A program made the position numbers and the translations under genes. A DNA stretch of 64,000 nt, from assembly GCF_963676685.1 (NCBI RefSeq), contig NC_092352.1:11780001-11844000 (forward strand), read 5' to 3'. Positions 43,901-55,900 of the stretch are shown piece after piece (within the stretch, counting starts at the first letter, position 1; every line of letters begins with the position of its first letter). The notes under the pieces were generated by a model, which was given only the letters and a program-made list of their open reading frames with translations, was not told the DNA's origin and made no database searches. This DNA comes from Mytilus edulis. Taxonomy: Eukaryota.

Positions 43901-46900
43901 AAAATGATATACAACACTTTACAATATCAATTTTTATGTTTAAAAATTAATAAGATGAATGTGTCTTGTCCATGATTTTACCAAAGTAACACCAGTAGCG
44001 TGCGACGTTTCACAGCATGTGTAAATTATTCGTGTCAGCTTACGACATAGCTTAAGCGTGGCATTTGATCATTTTTTTTTTAGTTTTAATGTTTTGTCAT
44101 TTGAACTGCATATCTCTGGTCTGAATGTTTCCATTCTCAAATTTATGTATACTTTGCCAGCAATTTTATATAGTCTTTTGCCAGGAGCTGATGTGGCAGG
44201 TATTACTAGATCATAAGATATGTTGATAAAAGGGGAAATTTGTTCCTATTAACTTGCCAATACAATAAGGGGTATTAAGACATCTCAGAAATAAATTCAT
44301 TCAATTGAAATGATATAAATAAATCAGAAATGTCTTCATTTTGTTTTACCTTATAAATATTAAAAATTATTCTTGTCACAATATTGAAAATAATTGTTTG
44401 AGTACAAACAATTTATAATATCTAAATATTAGCATTGTTTTGCTAATTAGATAAAACACATGTAATAGTGGCATTTTCCGTAGGCTGTTTAATTACATAT
44501 TTTAATCTGATTAAATACTGTTTGTTTTACAGCAGTTTTTTTTATTTATTTAATCCATTTGTGAATACCAAATTTGACTAAATGGCTGAGTGCAGTGATT
44601 TAAAATTTTAAATATACGGTTTAAGAAAGATTATTCAACAATGTTTACACATTCATTTTACCATGGATACATGTATTGAGAGATACCAGGATGTACTGAT
44701 AAGGAACTGAAATGAAATTTGAGCTCCCAAAAAATTTAGTTAAATTTTGGAAGTGATTCTGAACGGAGGAGTGGGAAAGTATTCAGTAAAAGGATAATTA
44801 GTTAACATGCAATATTTATTAATCAAAATTTCAATGGTAACGTAAAGAATTTTTGATTTTTTTTTATCAGTGATACCTTCAACTTGACGACATCAACGTA
44901 GCACCCTCGCCAAAGTTTCATAATGTTGAAAAACTGTACATGAAAAATTCTCCCTCTCCCCAGGTCCGAAGGGCCCCGTGTGAGCTTATGGCATCTCTTG
45001 GCGTTAGTCGTCGTCCGTAGTCTGTCGTCGTTGTTAACTATTTCAAAAATCTTCTCCCCTGAAACGACTGGGCTAAATACCTTCAAACTTTAGGGTATCT
45101 AGTTTATAAATTGTATCCGAAGTTTTGATCCGCCAACAAATATGGCCGCCATGGCTAAAAATAGAACAAAGGGATTATATGCAGTTTTTGGTTTATATCT
45201 AAATCTAAAAAAACTCAAGCTTTAAGAGCAAATCCGACATGGGGTAAATTGTTCAATAGGTCAACATCTATCAGCCCTGAAATTTTCAGACGAATCGAAC
45301 AACCCATTGTTGGGTTGCTGCCACTAAATTGGTAGATTTAAGAAAATTTTGCAGTTTAATTGTAATTATCTTGAAAATTATTATAGATAGATATAAACTG
45401 TAATCAGCAATAATGTTCAGCAAAGTAAGATCTACAAAAAATATAATGTGACCAAAACTGTTTATTTACCCCTTAAGGAGTTATTGCCCTTTAAAGACAA
45501 TTTTACACAATTTGTTCATCAAGTTTGCTAATATTGAACAACCCATTGTTGGGATGCTGCTATCAAATTGCTATTAAACAGAAAAAAAGAAAGAAAATTG
45601 TATCTTATAATTTTTTCTACCACAAATATAAAAAGAAAAATCATCAACAAAATACATCAAACATAATAGTATATAATAAAAGATGTAGAACAAAATTCAG
45701 AAGGCATGCATAAAACATTGCGTATGTTAAAAGAATGCCATCTTAAATACCTGTATACTTATGTACTTCAATACACCAACATCACATATAACATAATAAA
45801 ACACGATAGTGTGTGATAAATGTGAACATCAATTCAGAAAAGACAACATATCAACATCGTAAAAATCCGATGAAGAAAAATCTGAAACCGTAATTGTTGA
45901 CATTAAATGGATGATTGGTAATTAGTGATTTTACGATTCCTGCAAGCGATTTCATTTTTCCATTATGCATCACTTTATGATGACATGTTGGTCCGTAGAA
46001 CGGTATAACTTCATAACGAAATTTCGTCTTTATTTTAGATTGTACTACAACATGGGTAAATTTTAAAACAAGTTGTTATAAGGTCTTTTACAATAATCAT
46101 ACGAATCAGCAAAAGGCAGAAATGGAATGTGTTAAAGAAGGTGGACACCTTATCAGTATAAACTCAGGAGAAGAAATGACATTTATTCATCAGTTTTTGT
46201 GTGCAACATATGAAGCAACAGTTGATAACGGGATTTACATTGGCAGGTTTTTTGTTTACAAAAAAATAGATACGCATCAGGACTTTGTGACTCTTTTTGT
46301 TAAATAAAAAAATGTGGTATATTTCCAATAAAATAAAAAAAAAAATAACAACATTATAGTCCAAATTTAAATTCACCGTGCAGTCCACGGCAATAACATT
46401 TAAATGGCATTTAAATTTCAAAGACAGTCCCAATTCAACCGTATAATCAAAAACAATAAACTAACATTTAATATGACAGACAACTACCAAGAATTATCAC
46501 TGGATTACAAGCTTGTGCCTTTGGAAAGCCAAACAAAAAATTGAACGAAAAAAAGTAAATGACAGACAGCTACTAATGGCAACAACACAATATTAATCTT
46601 TGGGTAAATACGTTTTTTTTTTGTGCTCAATCGCAAGGTTACACCCGAGTCACACTAGACTACAATCGCACCACGCTCATCGTGATCTACAATAAATTTA
46701 GATGAAGTCACGGTTTGAGCGGCATGAAAATGTAGATTTTCGTTGTTTTCACGATGCTACTACGTTCTCATTACACTTCTACAACCATATGCTACAATCA
46801 AACGAAATTCTCACCACGCTTATGCTGCGACCTCACCACGAGTATCAGGAGCTGAATACGATCATCACGTTATCACGACGACCATACCAAAGTTGATTCG

Positions 46901-49900
46901 ATAGGAACACGATCTTCTTTTGCGATTATAGCATGCTCTTACTAGAAACATTTTACGATCCTACCACGATCTTTCTACGATTTTACCACGTTAATATCGA
47001 GATCTAACTACGCCCTCATCAATAACATTTACACAATATTTCATATGAATACTGTTCCTTTCCTTCTAATTGTCATTTTAAAATCGTAGAATTCTCGGAA
47101 ACAACACAAGCTTCCCACCAAAATCTACCAGATCTCATGGACGTCGTGTTAGGGATAGTGGTATACTCAGAAAGGCTCTGATACCAATCCTGATCCAGTA
47201 GAGATGTCGAATCAACCAATCCAAGCTCAATAACAACGTACTAGTATTGCAAATCCATTTAGATGAAATGACGATATTTTATTGAACAATTTGAGAATGA
47301 TACAGATGTGTCAAGCATGGTTGAGCTGTTGGGAATTATGGACTTGCGGTCCAAATAACATACAGACAAACAAAACCTGGAGAGCTTTTATATATTCTTT
47401 ATGACAATGAGCACGGCTAGAACTCAAAAATGGTCGTAGTCATATCGTAAGACGAAGGTGATGAGGACGGCACTAGCGTCTTGGTCTTGAACAGCGTTGT
47501 ATAAAGGTGGTATAGTCGTAGGAGAACCGTTGTTGGGTCCCAGGGAGAACGTGATGGTTGTAGTGAGGTCATCGTAACGTCGTTGTGAGATCGTAGCACA
47601 ATCTCTCTGACAAAAATCGCGCATTAAATACGCCCTCCCTTCGATGGTACAGCGATCTTTGAGATCTTACCACGACAATAGTGCGCTATCGCCACGCTTC
47701 TACTACACCCTGGTTTCGCCACGACCGCACCACGATTGTTTTGAAATGTTCAAAGTTGGAGATGCTCATCAAGTTCATGATGACCTCACCACGACCTGAC
47801 TGCGATCTACATAATCGCTTCACGATAGTCTAAATTTTCATAGTGCAATCGTGGCCTTGTGTGACTGCGGTATAAGATTCAAAGTATTCTCGCAAAACAA
47901 TAAAAGAGGGACGAAAGATACCAAAGGGACAGTCAAACTCATAAATCTAAAACAAACTGACAACGCCATGGCTAAAAATGAAAAAGACAAAAAGAAAAAC
48001 TATAGTACACATGACACAACATAGAAAACTAAAGAATAAACAACACGAATAAATCATGGGAAATACTAACATAACTTTCGATTCCTTTAGTTAACTGTTA
48101 TCTGTTTATAAATCTTCTCCGGAAATGAATCAAATGTTATCTAAGTTATGTATAGAATTTAAACAATAAATCTTGTTCACATTTAAAATCAAACTGAAAG
48201 TGTTGGCTTATATTTGAAAAAAAAAGCAACTTGTGAATTACCAATAGTATAAACTAGTCAACAGAACAAGCTTTGATTTGTGATATTGAAATGGTGCTTA
48301 ATGCAAATATTTTAAACTTTATATGCCTCACACATTGTACTAGTATCTATGAAAATTATTAATAACTTTTTTGAAATTTTTGAAAAACTAAGGATTTTCG
48401 CATCCCAGACATAGAATACCTTAACCGTATTTGGCACAACTTTTTGGATCCTCAATGCTTTTAAACTTTTTCTTGTTTGGATTTATAAATATTTTGATAT
48501 GACCGTCACTGATGAGTCTTGTGTAGACGAAACGCGCGTCTGGCGTACTAAATTATAATCCTGGTACCTTTGATAACTTTTTCAGGTTTGGTAAAAAAGA
48601 ATAAAGGTTACAAGTTTTCCGATTACCAATGGTTAAATGGTGAACCCTTAGTTTATACAGCCTGGTAATATACTTCTAATTTCTTTTGTAAAAAAAAGAG
48701 CAATACACACAAATCGTAGATTTAAACAGAAAAAAAATCTACTAAAAGAGGTCTTCTTAAATTTAGAATATTAATTTTAAATTCAACTTCCTGATAAAAA
48801 GTGTTTCTGAAATAAAACGACGAGGTACATACGAAAAAGAAATTTAAACATATATAAACTACCTTAGGCATAGATTACCTTAGCTGTTTTTGGCAAAACT
48901 TTTAGGAATTTTGGTCCTCAATGCTCTTCAACTTCGTACTTTATTTGGCCTTTTTAACTTTTTTGAATTCGAGCGTCACTGATGAGTCTTTTGTAGACGA
49001 AACGCGCGTCTGGCGTTTATACAGAATTTAGTCCTGGTATCTATGATGAGTTTATTTAAACATATAAAGCTACGATTTCTATCTTTTCTGTGTATTATCT
49101 TATATGAAACTAAAGGACTCGTAAGGTGAAGAGTCTTTAAAAATAAGTCAATACAATAATAAACTAGAAGAGACACTAGGTAATTCGTTAATAATGTTGT
49201 TTTTTCATTGCATTTTACAATTTAAATGTTCAGCTTTTATCTGTATCTCTATGTTATATATTCTATTTACATCAAATATTAGTATGAACGCACTAATACC
49301 ATCTTTATTAATCAAAAGAGATAATGGAAGATGTGGTATGAGTGACAATGAGACAACTCTCCACTCAAGTAAAAATTTATAAAGGTAAACCATTATAGAT
49401 CAAAGTACGGCCTACTTAATTTACTGACCACGGGAAGAGTTAGCTTCAGATGAAATATATCGTTAAAAACGTTAAGAGGCCGTGCTTTCATTTCTTTTTT
49501 TTTATAGTACATATTGTTTTATGGCTTTCGAACAGAACACAAAATGGTACCTCATTAGTTTAATCGGCTTGATTATATTTATATTATAGCACTATGCCTC
49601 TGTATGAAAGTTATAAAATAAAACAGGTATGTATAATATAAGTTTTTTTATTCTTTCTTATGCTATGAAAATCTTTTATAAGACTACAAATCTTCTATCA
49701 TACACATAGCTAAGTAATGATTTATTCGTTATAAGGTTCAATAACTTGAAAGAATGGAAGATTCAACCGGATGGTTTTGACGACGAACAATGTACAGCAA
49801 TCATACTGAACAGTATCCACAATAAATTGAGCTGGCATGATGTTCCATGTGCTTATAACAAGATACACTATTTTATGTGTGAGACACAACTGGATACCCA

Positions 49901-52900
49901 TAACAGTCAAGGTATATTTCTAGAATTAAAGTTTTAAAACTAATATAAAAAACTATCTCAAGCATAATTCTTTGAAATATTAATTTAACACAACAACAAA
50001 AATTACAGTAGCAATCAATCAAAGCAGAATAAAAAAAAAGTCTTTTGTATTTTGGATAACAAAAAAATCCATTTGGTCCTCAACGCTCTTCAACTTTGTA
50101 CTATATTTGGCCATTTGCCCATTTTTTTTATTTGTGTCACTGATGAGTGTTTTGTAGACGAAAAGCACGTCTAGCGCCAATATAAAATTTCAATCCTAAT
50201 ATCTATAAATGTTCAAATTTCTTAAATCCATAAATCCATAAATCCATATAGAAAATAAGAATCAAGGTAAACATATAAATCGAGAGAATCGCACGAAATT
50301 CAAAAAGTTGTAAGAATTGTACATCAATAGAACAAACCTTCTAATACATATGTATCTTACGCCATACGGTTCCACATCAATAAATACAGGGAATAGGATA
50401 AAATCTAGAATCAACTAACCAGACTACTATTCAGGTATGTTATGATCTAAGAACGTTTAAACATGTCGCTTATGAACAAAAAAACAGACACACATCTAGT
50501 GTGTCCATTACGCGCAATTAATGTCGGTTTCAGTAGGTCTTCCTTTCAAAACTATTGAATATTATATGGGGAGGGTTTGACGCAAGCAAACACGTTTCAC
50601 TTATCTGTATAGCTCGTTCTTATGCTGTACTGTATGTATGTGCCTGTTTCAAGTCAGAAGCCAGTAATTCAGGGGTTTTCTTTGCTTACTCGATTACATA
50701 TTTGTTTTTCGCTTATGAACCAAAAAACAGACACACATCTAGTGTGTCCATTACGCGTAATTAATGTCGGTTACAGTAGGTCTTCCTTTTAAAACTATTG
50801 AATATTATATGGGGAGGGTTTGACGCAAGCAACCACATTTCACTGATCTGTATAGTTCGTTCTTATGCTGTACTGTATGTATGTGCCTGTTTCAAGCCAG
50901 TAGCCAGTAATTCAGGGGTTTTCTTTGCTTACTCGATTACATATTTGTTTTTCGTTCAATGTTTTGTTTCGGCTGTGGTTTTTCTCGTTAGAATTGTTAA
51001 AAATTTGTCGCAGTGGATCATTTTATAGCTGAATATGCGTAATGGGCTTTGTTCATTGTTGAAGGCCGTACGATAACATATAGTTGTTAATTTCTGTGTC
51101 ATTTGGTCTCTTTGGAAGAGAAATAATACCGCATATTCGTTTTTTAGATTAACGCCCGGAAATTGTGTATGTTTCTATACATAAATCTAATTTAGTTGAA
51201 TGGTTTTATATTTGTCATCTTCTGCTGTATAGTTAAATATATAATGATAACATGTCATACCAACTTTCTTTTGACCTAATAATATATATATACCAACCCT
51301 GAAATTGAATTTCAAGAGATAAACTTTTTTTCTGTTTCAGTGACAGATTTAAGAAAAATTTTACGTGGCAATAAAGGAATATCAAGTCATAACCAATCCT
51401 TATTTACATGTGGAAATGGCGAGGTTATATCACAGCTAGCAGTTTGTGATACTTATAATGATTGTTCTGACAGGTCTGACGAACAAAAATGTGGTACGAA
51501 ATATTTTCCGTATCAATTTCAAAGTAAAACATGAGATACTAGAATTCCCAATATCCTTTTGTAATAAAAAAATAAAGATTTTACAAATATAACAACCACT
51601 TGAATTGTTTTGTTAAATTAAGGTTAAAACAAGAAACCTGAATATAAAAAAAGTTATGTATTCATGGTACATTCTATTGCTTATAATACCAACCAAATAA
51701 CTTAACTGCAAACTTAAGTTCTTGAAAAGATCGCTGCTTGTTAAGAACAAAAAAGATAGGAATGTTTAGAAAAAATTGATAAACCACAGGATAAAAAATA
51801 CATGTAAGTAATTAAAAAAAATCTTTTGAAGTCAAGAAATTACTCTAATCATTGACATAGGCCATAAAAGAAAGCTTCACATAATCTTTCGTTTCTATGA
51901 ATTTTTTCAAAAGGACCCTTTACTAATTAAAGTTATTTAAAGTATAACGTTATTTTTATGGTGATTTTCTTAAATAAAGCAAAGGTGTAAACCAACGAAT
52001 GATAAATATCTTAACCGAAGTATTGTTTTAATTTTAGATATTTCACTAATTTCCTTTCAGTACGCAGTAGATTTTGCATGTATTCTACAAGATGTAAAAA
52101 TAACAATGTGAACTGTCAACATTGATCAAACTATATTTTGAATTTAAAAACAAAAACAGTTATAAATATTTTATTACAAATAAGTATATCGGTGTTATGT
52201 AACCATGGTTGATTTATATTGATCTTTCGGTTATGTAGATTTAGTTAGAGCATGCGAAAATCTATAGCATTTACCCTGTATTTGATTAATTTTGTGTTTC
52301 AATTTGGAACATGAGTCACAGATAAAAATTTCTTATACGACAATTATATGTCGTATTTGAAAGATCAAAGTAAAGCAGTATTATTTGATACATACAGGGA
52401 TCTGTAAATTATTAAGTTTTGTTTTGCTCTCATTAATATCTTTAATATGTCTATTGCTTTGTTTCATTTACAATTTGATTTTTATATGAATTAAAGAATC
52501 TGTTCACTTATATAAAACGCTTCGAATCGGAGTAAATAAAATTCTATTCGCTTTAGCAAAATCAACAATGCAGTTATTGAAATTTTCCATAGTACAGGTT
52601 AGTAAACCAGTTATATACGCCTGCCAATGTTATGCAGTTGGTACTTTTTTATGTATCATTAATAAGAGAAAATTAACTATCAATACAAAACTATGTTTAT
52701 TTGTCTAATAATCACGGAATTTTATTCGGCATCATTCGTGGCAATCTGTATTCGCCTGTATATTTTCATATTGTAGCCGTAATCGTATGTAGTAGTTCTT
52801 GTATATCCGTGACAGTTTTTGAACATGCGCAAACCAAAGTGCAGAGAAGTGGAAAACTTAATTAGCGATCCTCCTCATTAAAAAAATGTTTCATTTGTAC

Positions 52901-55900
52901 ACTGAAAATATATAAGCCTTTTAATGTTGACTTACTTGTGTCAAAGACCACTATAGGAAATTGTCTTATATCTTCTGTTGTCTATCAATACAAAATCATT
53001 GACGAAATAGATAAATGAATTTTGGTACATAGAACAAAAACTTGTATCAAATATGTGTAAAATGAATGGCTTTTACCTCAAGTTGAAAATATATGATGAC
53101 GGTTATGACTATTCAAATTGTATTTTTTTTATATTCTCAATTTATATTTTTCAAGGTGTTTTCAGATAAAATTATATATTTTTTTAGTTCTGAGGGTAAA
53201 GCATTTATGTTTCTAAACTCAGGTACAGCATGTTCAAGTTCCCAGTATCAATGTGCAGATGGTTCGTGTATACATTTTACCTTCTACTGTGACCACATCA
53301 AACACTGCAATGATGGATCAGACGAACAACACTGTCGTAAGTTCAATAATAAACCGAACCATTGTATCATATTATTTTTTATAAAAATGTATATATGAAT
53401 GTTTGTCAAAAGGGAACACCATGAGGACATGCTGTAAGCTTACAAAATAGCAGGAGTTTCTGACAATTTCCACACACCAGCATTTCCCCCTTTTGTGTTC
53501 TTGCTAAACTCTCTTTTTCCCCTCAATTTGTCTTTCCTTTATTGATTAATGAGATTTTAACACTAACTATGAAACCGCTGTTGTCTATGTTTTGGTAAAA
53601 AAAAAAAAAGATGCTGATTGCATCCGTATCAATTTCAAAAAGCTTTTGTTTTCAACTGTGAGACATAAGATTGAAAATCCAGCATTTCCAGAGTTGGAAT
53701 GCATGTTTAATATATCTTGTTATCAATTCATTTTCTCTTCCTTATTAACGGAAATGATAATCGCTGACAAATAATGATATTTTTGATTTGAAATGAGTGT
53801 GTTGTTTGAACATTTACTGCTGGATGCTTAAAATAATGATTTGTAGCCTCTTTTATTGTATAGAATGGAGAAGTTGTAAAGACGGAGAATGGCAATGTAA
53901 CAATAAACAGTGTATTTATTCAGCTAAACGCTGTGACGTCACAACTAATTGTTTTGATGAATCGGATGAGAAAGATTGTGGTATATTCACTTATATGATT
54001 ATTTAAATGCTCCTTCACAAAAGATAAATGTTCCACAAAAATTCTTTGAAAAACTAAATGTTAAATAGTGAATATGTGGACAATTGAATATTGTTTTCAA
54101 ATAAAAAGATACCAAAGAGAAATTAAAACTCATGGAACGAATTAAAATGATATCATTTTATACGAGTCACTTCCCCTTTTATACAGGTCTGAATCGTGAT
54201 AATTGTAATCTTCAGTGAGTTGTAAATAACAATTATGTATTAAACGTTTTGCTCGTGCTTGTTTGCACTTTATGGACTTCATAGTCGAAGTGTTTGCACT
54301 TTGCACAAATACTGTTCAAACTGAGTTATGAAGAAGCCTGACTTATATCGATATTATATAAGATATGCCGTCACAATCACATTGACTGACCGAACATATT
54401 GTACTGAGTTGAGATATTTATATTCAAGATGTGATTGTCTGATTGACCGAGAGATTACAATTTTTGATAGTGTCATGTTTTCTGAATGTGGATTAGTGCC
54501 GTGTTCTACATGCAAAAACAAGCAAAAGACAAAAATCAGAATATGACCTTCATCGATAACCTTGTCGTCATTTTATAAGGTAGGACACAAGGACATCAAA
54601 TAAAAAGACTAGGTTTATACGGCTCAAGGTTTATTACTTACAAAAACATAAAGACACATTTTTTGGGAAAGGAAGATAACTCCGATAAGATTTCGAAGGA
54701 TCGCTTTAAGCAAAATCAGTAAAAAAAATCGTATATAATATACAATACAATATAGGAATTATCCAAGCGACATGGGGTTTTTTGTGTGTTCATCTACTTC
54801 ATAACAAAAAAAGATATAGACAAAACTCTTTTTCTTAGTTGTTTGTTAAATCCTCATACAGTGTAACTAATTAACAATAAGCCGTAAAGAACTTACGACT
54901 TTTGATTTAAGATACTAAAGTCATAACTTGTAAAATAATTTCAAGGTCACAGGTCAAGGTCATATTCTAATTCTTTTCCTTTGATAGTGTGTGCATTTCC
55001 TCTCAAACTATGAAAAAGTAAAATAAAAAAAAAACTAAATTCCGATGAAAATTTTAGGTAAATCGAATATAAACTCATTCTGGTTCATGATAAAGCCATA
55101 GTGTCTTATGCAATGATTCAGTGACACATGACCTTGAAAAATATCAAGCGGAAGTCATCTGTAAACTGGAAATAGCTATTTTTGCTTTAATGCACAGGAA
55201 AAATCCCCAGAAACTAAATGTTTTTAGGATTCACATATTGTAAAATCTTAATGACACCATGAGCTGCCTTTTAAACATCGGAAGTAGACACTAATCTCCG
55301 TTATTGAAAAGAGAAGTATGTAGATATCATATATTTTCGGAATCAGACGAAAATGAGCTATCATACGTGACTGAAAGAATATTTTCTTAACTGGAAGTAA
55401 TAAAGTATCCCCAAAGTTTATAGAATCTACACATTTTTTCATTTAGTTTTAAGAAACCTATGACTAGACGCCATTGTATCTTTTGGTTAATCGAAAGTAT
55501 CTTCTTATCAATTATTTGAAAATGTAAGTTGGAAAGACTTTCAATTATTCTCTGAACAACTTGTTTTTAATTCTTTTCTTTCTTTCTTTCACCCGCCAAA
55601 TTTCTTTCGTTGAATTTTGTTTCAAACTTGTCACTTAGATACTTTTTAAATTGTATGGTATAGTTGAGGCGCTTTTGAATTGCACTCTGCTAAGAGTAAC
55701 ACATTTCTTTGTAAGAGTTATCTCCTAATTCACTGTTTATCTTGTGTATGGTTTTCCGTTGTAACAAAAAAGATATTGACAAAACACTTTTTTGGAATCG
55801 TCACATTATCACGATTTATTTGGCTAATTTGAATCGCAGCGATCTTGTGAAATCTTACAGGAGATATCTACCTTTACAAAATGAATTTATCGGTATGTTA

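Noticed and set aside
46247-46252. Canonical GT donor for exon 16
   Set aside because: Phase 2 join to 48586 gives TAA within six codons and destroys the lectin WxNG motif.
53166-53222. Longer 5' extension of exon 20 from the acceptor at 53165
   Set aside because: In phase, but it adds low-complexity intron-like sequence; 53223 gives a standard LDLa exon. Cannot be fully excluded without cDNA.
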